Positions 1-9,811 of a stretch of DNA of 64,000 bases are shown here, in pieces. Origin of the DNA: an uncultured Candidatus Pelagibacter sp. (lineage in GTDB: Bacteria; Pseudomonadota; Alphaproteobacteria; Paracaedibacterales; CAIOTO01). Location: positions 16,325-80,324 of the forward strand of contig CAYPYB010000006.1 of assembly GCA_964415115.1 (NCBI GenBank), written 5' to 3'. Position 1 is the first letter of the stretch, and each line of letters starts with the position of its first letter. The notes under the pieces are model-generated. The model ran no database searches. It was not told where the DNA came from and was given only the letters and a program-made list of their open reading frames with translations. Position numbers and translations under genes: made by a program.

Positions 1-1
1 T

Positions 2-685
2 GAAACAACAGGCCTCAATCCATCATCAGGTGATAGGATTATTGAAATTGGATGTATAGAAATGATAGATCATCAACTGACTGGTGAAAAATTTCACGCC
101 TATATCAACCCCGAACGGGATGTTCCGTTGCAATCCACTCAGATAACCGGGTTAACATCTGAATTTCTAAGGCCCTTCCCTATTTTTAAAAATGTTGCAC
201 AATCGTTTTTAGATTTTATCAAGGATGACACCATTGTCATTCACAATGCACCTTTTGATGTCGGGTTTATTAACAATGAATTCAAATTATTAAACCATTC
301 ATTTGAACTAAAATTTGACCGTGTTATTGACACTCTTCAAATGGCTAGGAAAAAATTTCCAGGATCACCGGCATCTTTGGACGCTTTATGTAAACGTTTT
401 AATATTAGTCTTTCCGAACGCGACAAACACGGCGCACTTATCGACGTTGAACTTTTAAGCAGGGTATATCTAAACCTTATCGATAATAGGCAAAGCACTT
501 TAACTAAGTTATTCACATTAAACCCCATATCAACTTTTGATTTTAACAGTGACTACATGATAACAGCTAAAGATTTCCCCTATAGAGCTTTTGAAATTTC
601 AAGCGAAGAGCAACAACTTCATAAAGAACTGGTTGAAAAACTTTCATATCCGCTTTGGGGTGAACAAAAACGAAAAGCAAGTTAA
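2..685 (+). CDS. dnaQ: DNA polymerase III epsilon subunit (3'-5' proofreading exonuclease), 5' end cut by window edge
   Basis: The frame stays open back to base 2 (ETTGLNPSSGDRIIEIGCIE, Exo I region). HNAPFDVGF (Exo II) and HGALIDVELL (Exo III) lie in the 62..685 ORF. Confidence 0.9.
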   Translation, partial: ETTGLNPSSGDRIIEIGCIEMIDHQLTGEKFHAYINPERDVPLQSTQITGLTSEFLRPFPIFKNVAQSFLDFIKDDTIVIHNAPFDVGFINNEFKLLNHSFELKFDRVIDTLQMARKKFPGSPASLDALCKRFNISLSERDKHGALIDVELLSRVYLNLIDNRQSTLTKLFTLNPISTFDFNSDYMITAKDFPYRAFEISSEEQQLHKELVEKLSYPLWGEQKRKAS

Positions 686-718
686 ACCACATATAACAAA
701 AACATAAGCAGGAATTTT

Positions 719-1177
719 ATGAATAAAGTCATTTTTGCACTTGGAACCAATGTTGGCGACAAATCTTTAAATTTGAAAAAAACAAAAGAGCTCTTAGATT
801 CTTTTTTTCAAAATACACATTATTCGTCTGTTATTGAAACCGCACCACAATACGAATTAAATCAAGATAGTTTTTTAAACCAAGTAGGCTATGGATTCAC
901 GGACTCTTCTCCCGAAGAAGTATTGACGCAATTTAAAATATTTGAAAATGAAATAGGCCGGACACCAACCTATCGTTTTGGACCTCGTGAAATTGATATT
1001 GATATTTTGTTTTATGCAGACCGTATCATAGATTCAAAAAATCTTATCATTCCCCATCCACGACTTTATGAAAGAGCTTTTGTTTTAGAACCATTAAACG
1101 AAATTGAACCTCTTTGGGTTTGCCCTAAAACAGGCAAGACCATACAGCAATTACTGCAACAACTAGCTGCACATTAA
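719..1177 (+). CDS. folK: 2-amino-4-hydroxy-6-hydroxymethyldihydropteridine pyrophosphokinase (HPPK)
   Basis: IFALGTNVGDK start, GPREIDIDILFY and IPHPRLYERAFVLEPLNEI are typical HPPK motifs. The size of 152 aa fits. Confidence 0.85.
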   Translation: MNKVIFALGTNVGDKSLNLKKTKELLDSFFQNTHYSSVIETAPQYELNQDSFLNQVGYGFTDSSPEEVLTQFKIFENEIGRTPTYRFGPREIDIDILFYADRIIDSKNLIIPHPRLYERAFVLEPLNEIEPLWVCPKTGKTIQQLLQQLAAH

Positions 1178-2157
1178 CTTGATTGCACATTTTCTAATTC
1201 ATCAACGATGTTCTTCATATCATCAGGAAGATCTGTTTGAAAAGACATTTCTTGCTGTGTTGTTGGATGGATAAAACTAAGTGATGTCGCATGCAAAGCT
1301 TGTCTGCTGAAACTTTGTATAAATTCAGGATATTTTTTTATCATTGAACTTTTTGCACTGTAAGTTTGGTCCCCCAATAAAGGACATTGTATGGATTGGC
1401 AATGCACCCTAATTTGATGTGTCCTGCCTGTAAGTAAATGACATTCCAACAGACTTATTCTTGAAAATTCATTTTTGGTATTCCATGTTTTTTTTAAATA
1501 CAATTTTGTGATTGCTTCTTTTCCTTTACCCGCCGGAACCAAAGCCATTTTCTGTCTATTATGAGGGTGTCTACCTATATGGCCCATCAATTCTTCATAT
1601 ACATTTTGTGGTCTTCCATACACTAAAGCCATGTATACTCTCTGAGCTTTCTTATTTTCGGGATGAAATTGCAAACTTAAAGATTGGTGCGCATGATCAT
1701 TTTTTGCAATAACCATAAGCCCTGATGTATCCTTATCTAATCGATGAACAATACCTGGACGTTTTACATCACCAATACCAGACAATGAATCACCACAATG
1801 CGCCAAAAGAGCATGAACCAATGTTTCTGTGAAATGGCCAGGTGCTGGGTGTACTACCATTCCAGCTGCTTTATTAAGCACCAAAACATCGTGGTCTTCA
1901 TAAATAATATCTAAGGGCATAGATTCGGCAACAAGATTAAGTTCTTCAGGTTCAGGGACACTGATTTGAATGTGATCATAGGCTTTAACTTTATATTTTG
2001 CATGCACAAGTTCAGATTGATAGTTCAATTGGATATTCCCACTCTCTATCCATGACTGTATGCGTGTGCGACTAAATTGGGGTAGTTTTGATGCTAAATA
2101 TTGATCAATTCTTTGGCTTTGTTCATTTTCCTGAACATCTATAATCATCATTTCCAT
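1174..2157 (-). CDS. rluD: RluA-family 23S rRNA pseudouridine synthase (RluD-like)
   Basis: It has an S4-like N-terminus (RIDQYLASKL...SRTRIQSWI) and the catalytic motif HRLDKDTSGLMV. Its 3' end overlaps the folK stop by 4 nt (convergent). Confidence 0.8.
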   Translation of the reverse strand: MEMMIIDVQENEQSQRIDQYLASKLPQFSRTRIQSWIESGNIQLNYQSELVHAKYKVKAYDHIQISVPEPEELNLVAESMPLDIIYEDHDVLVLNKAAGMVVHPAPGHFTETLVHALLAHCGDSLSGIGDVKRPGIVHRLDKDTSGLMVIAKNDHAHQSLSLQFHPENKKAQRVYMALVYGRPQNVYEELMGHIGRHPHNRQKMALVPAGKGKEAITKLYLKKTWNTKNEFSRISLLECHLLTGRTHQIRVHCQSIQCPLLGDQTYSAKSSMIKKYPEFIQSFSRQALHATSLSFIHPTTQQEMSFQTDLPDDMKNIVDELENVQSS

Positions 2158-2169
2158 ACTTAAAATGTA

Positions 2170-2511
2170 TCAATTATTATCAGGATTAAAAGGCGTATAA
2201 TGCGACTTATAACGCACATGACTAGGCATGACTGAACTGTCATATTCAAAAGCTTTATCGGTTGCTGTAGCGTTAGGTCGATGTTTGTTGGAAAAAGTTT
2301 CACCTAAAGGAGGCTGATCTATCATATAATGCATCCATGCATGCCACACTTGAGGAATACATGACGCGTCTATTTTTTTATCATAGAGAACAAAACGCCT
2401 TGGATACTTTTGTCGATATGCCTTTTTTTCTTGAAAATAACGATTTCCAAGTTGATCCTTGCCAATAAAATTGCAAAATAACGCTATATGTATTTTTGTA
2501 AATAAATGCAT
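2170..2511 (-). CDS. NDUFA12-family protein (NADH:ubiquinone oxidoreductase 17.2 kDa subunit-like)
   Basis: GKDQLGNRYFQEK...RRFVLY...IPQVWHAWMHY matches the NDUFA12 family, which is common in alphaproteobacteria. Confidence 0.75.
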   Translation of the reverse strand: MHLFTKIHIALFCNFIGKDQLGNRYFQEKKAYRQKYPRRFVLYDKKIDASCIPQVWHAWMHYMIDQPPLGETFSNKHRPNATATDKAFEYDSSVMPSHVRYKSHYTPFNPDNN

Positions 2512-2597
2512 AACATTTCCTATTCAACATTATTCTAGCACTGGAAGATAAAAAAAGCATTACCGTCAGAAAATATAATGATGATTATTTAAAATAT

Positions 2598-3560
2598 TTA
2601 TAAAGTGGTGCTTAAACGCATATTATTATACTTCTTATTCTTTTGTAACTCTATCGTTAGAGGAACCAAAATTAAAATGTAAACAAAAACAACCGATAAT
2701 ATAACCCACCACTGGTCTAAATTTTTCTGAGCATAATTGGTTACATCGCCCAAAGATATGGAATCATTAATGATTTTGTACCCTAAATAATCTACTGCAG
2801 TCAGAGTAGAAAAGACACCCCCAAAAAGAAAAGGATAATAAGACTTAACCAAACTTAACAAGTTAGGGACGATGTGTTTGCGAATAATAGCCAATGATGA
2901 TAAACCTGAAATTTGTGCGCTTAGACAAAAATCAAGCGTCTTTATTTTTAAAACTTCTATCCGAAGTACTGAACTAAGAGATACCCAACCAAATATCACC
3001 ATCACCAAAATATAGGAAATATAACTTGCTTTTGAAAGAGATGAAAAAAGAATAAGTGTATAAACAAGAGGAATGCAAGCTATCATTTCACAGATTCTTT
3101 GCATAAATAAATCAGATTTTCCTCCAAAATATCCTTGAATACTTGCAAAAACAACAGCCAAAAAACTGCATAATGTTGCAACAATAAAACCCACAATCAT
3201 TCCATTACGAGAACCATACATCATCATGGCAAAAATATCTCGGCCATAATCATCTGTTCCAAGCCAATGTTTTTTTGACGGAGAAAGTGGAAAGCTTTCA
3301 TTTGCATAAACATCTATGGTCGTATCACTGTACGCAACGGGTGAGAATAAAATAAATCCACTCTTTTTTCTAAGATGATTTTGAAATCGTGTATCGTGAT
3401 AATCCAGTTCAGAATTCTCTTGATATTGAAAATCCTTATTTTCGTAAGAACATAAAGCAGGGCAGTATAACTTTTGTGCATAGATAATCAACAAAGGTTT
3501 TTCATTGCATAAAAATGAAGAAGAACAAAAAAAGAGCAATAAAATAAATATAAATCTCAA
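2598..3560 (-). CDS. ABC transporter permease, DppC/OppC/YejE type
   Basis: It has the HWLGTDDYGRDIF motif followed by a multi-TM permease core (GYFGGKSDLFMQR...). The overall pattern is closest to YejE. Confidence 0.75.
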   Translation of the reverse strand: MRFIFILLLFFCSSSFLCNEKPLLIIYAQKLYCPALCSYENKDFQYQENSELDYHDTRFQNHLRKKSGFILFSPVAYSDTTIDVYANESFPLSPSKKHWLGTDDYGRDIFAMMMYGSRNGMIVGFIVATLCSFLAVVFASIQGYFGGKSDLFMQRICEMIACIPLVYTLILFSSLSKASYISYILVMVIFGWVSLSSVLRIEVLKIKTLDFCLSAQISGLSSLAIIRKHIVPNLLSLVKSYYPFLFGGVFSTLTAVDYLGYKIINDSISLGDVTNYAQKNLDQWWVILSVVFVYILILVPLTIELQKNKKYNNMRLSTTL

Positions 3561-3619
3561 AAAATATTCTCTTCAAATTTTAAAAACTAATCGATGATAT
3601 ATCCTATTAGCTCGCAAGA

Positions 3620-5020
3620 TTAATAGCCGGTTTGAATTCTTTCCACTAATTGCTTTGCCGTTGGAATAAATCCATCTTTATAAAACGGATCTGTTGCAAA
3701 ACGATAAGCTTGGTGACCTGAAAACATCAGTTGATTTTCAGTTTCATCGCTATGGCTAATAGCTTGCAAGGTTTTTTGAATACAAAAAGATCGAGGGTCA
3801 GCTTTTTTACCGGTTGTTCCATGTTCATTTTGCGCCCAATTGCTGAATTTACATTGAGACAAACAACCCATACAATTGATTTGATCCATCAAAATTTCAT
3901 TTTCTTCATCTGGAGTCACAAATATCAATGTAGAATCAGGAGTACGCATAGCCTGCGTAAATCCAGCATTTACCCATTCTTGAACGTGAATCTTATCTGT
4001 TGCTGTTAGATAAACTGCGCGTCCTCTAGCTCCTACAGCAAAAGATTCCACATGATCCCCCATTGGGGCACTTGAGTAAGCTACTTGGCGATTTGATCTA
4101 TCATCTAAATTCTGAATAAAATTATTGCGAACTGCTGATGAATAAAAACCTGTTGGACTAAAACGATTAAGAGCAATATCGCCTTCTTTCAACGTTAACA
4201 GTCTTTTTTTCCACTTATCAGAAATAGGACTTTCTTGCGTTAATAAAGGGCGTGTACCAAATTGAAAAGCAATTGTACCTAGATCAGGGTTATCAAGCCA
4301 ATCAGCCCATTCGGACAACCACCACACACCACCTGCCATAATAACAGGCGTTGTGTCTGGAATTCCACACTCACGCATAACAGCTCTTAACATTTTAACA
4401 CGTTCATAAGGTGGAAGTGGCTTTAGAGGATCTTCACTGTTCGATAAACCGTTATGTCCACCTGCAAGCCAAGGATCTTCATACACAACACCACCTAAAA
4501 ATTCTGCGAATTTGTTGTAGGCTCTTTTCCATAAAATATTGAACGCACGACCTGAAGATACAATAGGAAAATAATATTTTTTATATTGGACACATATTTC
4601 AGCTAATTTGTAGGGCATACCAGCGCCACACGTAACACCATTAACAAGGGGGGAAACTTGTTCCAAAACACCGTGAAGAATAGGCTCCACAGCTCCCATT
4701 TCCCACAAGACGTTCATGTTAATTAAACCATTACCATTTGACATTTCATAGGCAATTTTTGCTTGAGCGATTCCACCGCTAATAGCGCTAGCTATTAATT
4801 CATCATGACGTTCGCGACGTGTTTTGCCTTTATAAATTGTTGTGATTAAATTACCTTCATCGTCATATGAATCTGCATTCACAGCTGAAAATGTACCTAA
4901 TCCATTACCATTAGCCCAAGAACCAGAGCTTTGGCCATTAGAAACGGCAATTCCTTTTCCACCTTCAATAATAGGTAGAATTTCTTTTCCAGAAAGAGTA
5001 ATGGAATTTAACTTAAACAT
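3620..5020 (-). CDS. Nitronate monooxygenase / 2-nitropropane dioxygenase family flavin oxidoreductase (long form)
   Basis: TIM-barrel flavoenzyme motifs are present (NMNVLWEMGA, VTCGAGMPY, IMAGGVWW). There is also a C-terminal Cys cluster (CMGCLSQC). Confidence 0.65.
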   Translation of the reverse strand: MFKLNSITLSGKEILPIIEGGKGIAVSNGQSSGSWANGNGLGTFSAVNADSYDDEGNLITTIYKGKTRRERHDELIASAISGGIAQAKIAYEMSNGNGLINMNVLWEMGAVEPILHGVLEQVSPLVNGVTCGAGMPYKLAEICVQYKKYYFPIVSSGRAFNILWKRAYNKFAEFLGGVVYEDPWLAGGHNGLSNSEDPLKPLPPYERVKMLRAVMRECGIPDTTPVIMAGGVWWLSEWADWLDNPDLGTIAFQFGTRPLLTQESPISDKWKKRLLTLKEGDIALNRFSPTGFYSSAVRNNFIQNLDDRSNRQVAYSSAPMGDHVESFAVGARGRAVYLTATDKIHVQEWVNAGFTQAMRTPDSTLIFVTPDEENEILMDQINCMGCLSQCKFSNWAQNEHGTTGKKADPRSFCIQKTLQAISHSDETENQLMFSGHQAYRFATDPFYKDGFIPTAKQLVERIQTGY

Positions 5021-5325
5021 ACAAATTTACAATTTTGTTAGATTATCCAATTGGAATATATAATACCTGTGATTACACGATAAAACAAGACTAGGAATAT
5101 ACTTTTTTTAAAAATCTTGTTTAATAAACTATTTTTCAAGTCATTTACTTATTTGTAAACGTGAAAACACAAGATATTGATGAGAGCTTATTATCTCTAT
5201 AAAATGATCCAATTTATATGGAGATTTCTTATAAATGGTTGAAATGATTACAAAAAATCATTTTCCTATCCTAAAACAAACTCTTTATTATTTTTAATAA
5301 ATAAATAAGATTGTGGAGATTCACC

Positions 5326-5832
5326 GTGGATAAAATAGACCTCATTATTCTCAAAAACATACAAAAAGAAGGCCGAATAACCAATGTTGAACTTGCAAAA
5401 AAAGCAGGTATTTCTGCACCTCCTTGCTTAAGGCGGCTGCATAATCTGGAAAACAGTGGGATTATCGTAGGTTACAATTCTGAAATAGACCCCAAAGCAT
5501 TGGGTTTTTCTTTGCTTTCTTTTTGTGAAGTGAAACTTAATTCTCAAAATCAGACAACTGTACAAGAATTTGAAAGCAAGATTAAAAAATTACACTACGT
5601 AAGGGAAAGCTATATCGTAACTGGTGAAGCCGATTTTTTATTAAAAATTATTGCGAACGATTTTGCGACTTACCAAGCTTTTTTATATAATGAATTATCA
5701 TCGATACCAGAAGTTTGCCAAATTAAAACATTAATGGTTATAAAAACTTCTAAAAAAGAACCTCTTATTCCCTTTAATTATCCGTTAAAAAAAGATCAAC
5801 CAGGACAATCTGAAGCTGTAAGAGCTTTATAG
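5326..5832 (+). CDS. Lrp/AsnC family transcriptional regulator
   Basis: An HTH_AsnC N-terminus (DKIDLIILKNIQKEGRITNVELAKKAGISAPPCLRRL) is followed by an AsnC-type effector domain. I prefer the GTG at 5326, preceded by GGAGA, over the TTG at 5311. Confidence 0.85.
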   Translation: MDKIDLIILKNIQKEGRITNVELAKKAGISAPPCLRRLHNLENSGIIVGYNSEIDPKALGFSLLSFCEVKLNSQNQTTVQEFESKIKKLHYVRESYIVTGEADFLLKIIANDFATYQAFLYNELSSIPEVCQIKTLMVIKTSKKEPLIPFNYPLKKDQPGQSEAVRAL

Positions 5833-7226
5833 AGTGCGTTAGCTTTAGTTATTGTTTCTTCAAACTCATCTCTGGGTGAGGAATCTGATACAATTCCTCC
5901 ACCCACGTTAAACGATATGACGTTATGATCTAACACTAATGTGCGAATCATAATGCTTGTATCCATGGCACCGTTTAAACTGATAAATCCTGCAGAACCG
6001 CAATAGGGTCCGCGTGGACACGCTTCTAGTTCAGAAATAATTTGCATGGCTCGCACTTTTGGCGCTCCTGTGATGGACCCTCCTGGAAAAGTGCATATGA
6101 TAACATCCATACAGTTTTTATCGTCTTGCAATTCTCCTTCAATAACAGATACAAGGTGATGCAGTGTTTCAAAAGTTTCAAGGTTACATACATAGGGTGT
6201 TTTAACGGTAAAAGGTTTACAAACTCGCGATAAATCGTTTCTCATCAGATCTACAATCATCATGTTTTCAGCCTTATCTTTGATAGAGCATCGCAATTCG
6301 TTTTGTATTTTTTGGTCTAATACCTGATCTTTGTGTCTTTTTCTCGTTCCCTTAATAGGTCTTGTTTGCACTTGACGTTGGTCCGATACAGAAATAAAAC
6401 GTTCAGGTGATGAAGATAATAGTGCTGAAGAATAATGTGGATCCTTTACCCAGTTATAAAAACATGAAAATGGTGCTGGATTAATGGATCTTAAACGTTG
6501 ATATAAATCAAAAAGATTAATTGTTTTATCTATCTCAGCATAAAAACGTCTGGTAATGTTGGCCTGAAAAATATCGCCTGCATAAATATAGTCAATTGTC
6601 TTTTGGATAATTTCTTCATATTGATTTTGATCAAAATCTTTATTCAAAATATCTACGGGCGCATTTATGATGGATTCAGACATATCATCTGCATTTTTTT
6701 TTGCATTCGCCAGTAAACAGGACAGTTTCGTTTTAATTTCTTCTAAATCAAGATCACAACTTACTAAAATCCAAGCCTTCTTTTTGACATGATCAATGGA
6801 CAGCATGGTTTTATAAAAACACAACCTCAAATCATCAATAGTATGAGGTGGGACACAATCATCCTTGGCATAAGGAACTTCTTCAAGATAGTGCAACATT
6901 TCATATCCAAAATAACCAGCAAGTCCGCATTGCAAAGGTGGCAATTCTCTCACTGATGTGTATTTTGGCAAGGCGTCCAGATATGCTTTTATATAATCAA
7001 ATGGGTTTTCAAAAATTTCTTTTTCATCATGAAAACATTGTTGGTTTGACACATAAATAAGACTTGTAGGGTTAAAACATATATAACTGTAACGACCCTC
7101 TGCTCCAAAGTTTCTGTTGTCTGCGTTAGAGTCTAAAAAAATAAAGTTATCAGGAAATGCTTCGTAAAATGCTTTTGCATAACATATTGCCGGTAAATAA
7201 ATAATCTCGCTGTACTTAACAATCAT
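5796..7226 (-). CDS. pabB: Aminodeoxychorismate synthase component I (chorismate-binding enzyme)
   Basis: Chorismate-binding motifs PGGSITGAPKVRAMQIISELE, RGPYCGSAGF and GGGIVSDS are present. The PabB rather than TrpE call rests on size and folate context only. Confidence 0.75.
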   Translation of the reverse strand: MIVKYSEIIYLPAICYAKAFYEAFPDNFIFLDSNADNRNFGAEGRYSYICFNPTSLIYVSNQQCFHDEKEIFENPFDYIKAYLDALPKYTSVRELPPLQCGLAGYFGYEMLHYLEEVPYAKDDCVPPHTIDDLRLCFYKTMLSIDHVKKKAWILVSCDLDLEEIKTKLSCLLANAKKNADDMSESIINAPVDILNKDFDQNQYEEIIQKTIDYIYAGDIFQANITRRFYAEIDKTINLFDLYQRLRSINPAPFSCFYNWVKDPHYSSALLSSSPERFISVSDQRQVQTRPIKGTRKRHKDQVLDQKIQNELRCSIKDKAENMMIVDLMRNDLSRVCKPFTVKTPYVCNLETFETLHHLVSVIEGELQDDKNCMDVIICTFPGGSITGAPKVRAMQIISELEACPRGPYCGSAGFISLNGAMDTSIMIRTLVLDHNVISFNVGGGIVSDSSPRDEFEETITKANALYKALTASDCPG

Positions 7227-7388
7227 CTCTCAATTCCCATGCCTATTCATTGAATATGAATATAATTTAAACTTCGGGGTTTTCATTCAAGTTTAAATTA
7301 TGTATATTAAAGATTGTTACACGTTACGCATCTATTTATCAAGAAAACCTAGTAGATACGTTCATATTAAAATTTAAGAGAAACGATA

Positions 7389-8075
7389 ATGAATTTTACA
7401 TCTTTGATTCACCCTGATGGTTGGAAATTTTTTGGTCTTAGCACCATACTCACTTTATTTTTGTACACAATCAATGCAACTATCGGTCATTTGGGACTGG
7501 TCATCACATGTTGGATTTTTTACTTCTTTAGAAATCCAAAAAGAATGACACCCATTCGTTCTGGACTTGTCATAAGTCCTGCCGATGGCAAAATTGTGGG
7601 TATCAAAGAAATGCTTCCACCTGAAGAATTTGATATGCCTCAAGTTCCCCATTACAGAGTAAGCATATTTTTAAACGTGTTTGACGTGCACATTAATCGG
7701 ATACCAATGAGCGGAACAGTAAAACACATTTTGTATACACCGGGTCGTTTTATCAATGCATCACTCGATAAAGCAAGTGACTTTAACGAAAGGAATACCA
7801 TTGTACTATCGTCCTCACATGGTGACATTGCTTTCACACAAATTGCAGGCCTTATTGCTCGAAGAATTCGTTGCGATATTTCAGACGGTGACGAAGTTGA
7901 AATTGGTTTACAATATGGATTAATCCGTTTCGGAAGTCGAATGGATGTATATTTCCCCAAAACTGCTTCTCTTTTGGTATCTGTGGGTCAAAAAATGATT
8001 GCTGGTGAAACAGTTCTTGCAGATTTTGATTCAAACGAACCAGACCGCGAAGCCATTTGCGTAGAGGCGTTTTAA
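7389..8075 (+). CDS. psd: Phosphatidylserine decarboxylase proenzyme (short alphaproteobacterial type)
   Basis: It has an N-terminal TM segment, conserved PADG and HRIP-like regions, and the FGSRMDVY self-processing G-S site. Confidence 0.9.
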   Translation: MNFTSLIHPDGWKFFGLSTILTLFLYTINATIGHLGLVITCWIFYFFRNPKRMTPIRSGLVISPADGKIVGIKEMLPPEEFDMPQVPHYRVSIFLNVFDVHINRIPMSGTVKHILYTPGRFINASLDKASDFNERNTIVLSSSHGDIAFTQIAGLIARRIRCDISDGDEVEIGLQYGLIRFGSRMDVYFPKTASLLVSVGQKMIAGETVLADFDSNEPDREAICVEAF

Positions 8076-8076
8076 A

Positions 8077-8904
8077 ATGCCAAAAGATATTGATTTAAAA
8101 AGTAAAAAGAAAATTTTCAGACCATTATTTAATAATAAATCTAAAAATATACTTTTAAAAAATAATAAAAAACCTTTTTCTTTTATTTCAATACTACCGA
8201 ATATGACCACACTATTTGCGATGTGTTGTGGTCTAACAGCCATTCGTTTCGCACTATTGGGTATGTGGAAATACAGCATATTGTGTATTATGCTTTCTGC
8301 AATTCTTGATGCCATGGATGGACGGCTAGCCCGATATCTTAAAATGTCTTCTCGATTTGGGGCTGAATTAGATTCTTTCTCCGACTTTTTAAGTTTTGGA
8401 GTAGCCCCTTCTCTGATCATTTATATTAAGTACCTGAAACCATGGGGGGAAATTGGATGGGTTATTTCTGTCTTTTTCACCATGTGCATGGCATTACGAC
8501 TAGCCCGATTTAATGTAATGAGCTTAGACGAATCGCAACCTGTTTGGAAATCATTTTTCTTTACAGGTGTACCTGCTCCTCTTGGTGGATTTTTAGCGAT
8601 ATATCCTATCATCCTTTCATATACCTTTGATGAATCCATCATATCTCCTGTCATTGCTGCTTTCTTTTTAAGTTTGACAGGATCTTTAATGGTTAGCCAA
8701 ATTCCAACTTTCTCCTTAAAAAAACTAACTTTTAAACCTTCTGTCGTTTTACCTTTTATTTTATTCTCATTTATTACCGTAGGATTACTATTTAGCTACC
8801 CGTGGCAAACTTTATCTGCTGTAGGAATTATATATTTATTGTCTATTCCCTTTAGTATGCGCAAATTCAAAAAGTTAGAACAACAAGATCTTCAGACATC
8901 TTAA
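8077..8904 (+). CDS. pssA: CDP-diacylglycerol--serine O-phosphatidyltransferase
   Basis: It carries the CDP-alcohol phosphatidyltransferase motif DGRLAR...GAELDSFSD. The gene starts 1 nt after the psd stop. Confidence 0.9.
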   Translation: MPKDIDLKSKKKIFRPLFNNKSKNILLKNNKKPFSFISILPNMTTLFAMCCGLTAIRFALLGMWKYSILCIMLSAILDAMDGRLARYLKMSSRFGAELDSFSDFLSFGVAPSLIIYIKYLKPWGEIGWVISVFFTMCMALRLARFNVMSLDESQPVWKSFFFTGVPAPLGGFLAIYPIILSYTFDESIISPVIAAFFLSLTGSLMVSQIPTFSLKKLTFKPSVVLPFILFSFITVGLLFSYPWQTLSAVGIIYLLSIPFSMRKFKKLEQQDLQTS

Positions 8905-8989
8905 AAATTTTAGTCATATCAATTATTCTTTTAAACAAATACCTTTTTTGAGATAATTATCTTATGGGTTATTATTGTTAAAGCTTTCT

Positions 8990-9499
8990 ATGAAAAAAAT
9001 TAATGTTGAACAACTTCAATTTTTATTAGAAAAAAATCAAGCTATTTTGATTGATGTCAGAGAATTATTTGAATATAAATTCGAATGTATCGATGGATCA
9101 TGCCATATCCCTCTTCACGATATATCCGCAGACAAAATTCCGACCTCTTCTAAACCAATTATCATTCACTGCCAATCTGGAAAACGCAGTGAACAAGCAT
9201 GCCAAATATTAATAAAACAAAATCCCAATCTTGATCTCTATTCTTTAGATGGTGGTATTGTTGCTTGGAAGGATCAGGGTCTGAATATAAAAAATTGCAG
9301 TAAGAAAATGTTTTCTCTTAACCAACAAACCCAAATTGTAGCAGGATTTTTCACATTAACGGGGACACTGTTAGGAACATTTATACATCCCCATTTTTAT
9401 ATCATACCTGGATTTGTGGGTTGTGGTCTTATTTTTGCAGGAATAACAGGCTGGTGTGGAACAACATACATTCTAGCAAAAATGCCATGGAATAATTAA
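8990..9499 (+). CDS. Rhodanese-domain protein with DUF2892/YgaP-like membrane tail
   Basis: The rhodanese active-site loop HCQSGKRS is followed by two hydrophobic helices ending in GWCG. The ATG at 8990 (MKKINVEQL) is preferred over the TTG at 8975. Confidence 0.75.
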   Translation: MKKINVEQLQFLLEKNQAILIDVRELFEYKFECIDGSCHIPLHDISADKIPTSSKPIIIHCQSGKRSEQACQILIKQNPNLDLYSLDGGIVAWKDQGLNIKNCSKKMFSLNQQTQIVAGFFTLTGTLLGTFIHPHFYIIPGFVGCGLIFAGITGWCGTTYILAKMPWNN

Positions 9500-9811
9500 A
9501 TGATCGTAAGATATTGCGGCCTCTTGATTATGGGCAATTATTAAAATTTCTAGTGTTTGCAATACTAGGTATGATGATAGGCATGTTTCTACATCAAAAA
9601 ATTCATGTACCAAAACTAAAAACTATTTTCGGATGGTTTATATTTATCGTAGCCTCTATCATTATGCTCAAAGAATTCATTGTTTAAAACTGCAAATTTA
9701 GAAACATTTCAAACACTACAAATAAACGGTTCTCAATATATTAAAACACTCATTGATAGAATGTTAAGAAAACTGTTGTAATATAATAAGAAAATAAAAG
9801 TTTGAGGATCT

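Noticed and set aside
8031-8420. 129-aa minus-strand ORF
   Set aside because: It lies entirely antisense to the well-supported psd 3' end and pssA 5' end, and its composition is unremarkable. The same reasoning applies to other antisense or alternative-frame ORFs in the track, for example 337..528, 1512..1712, 3731..4009, 7652..7960, 22932..23168, 37495..37764, 43419..43619 and 59791..60042.
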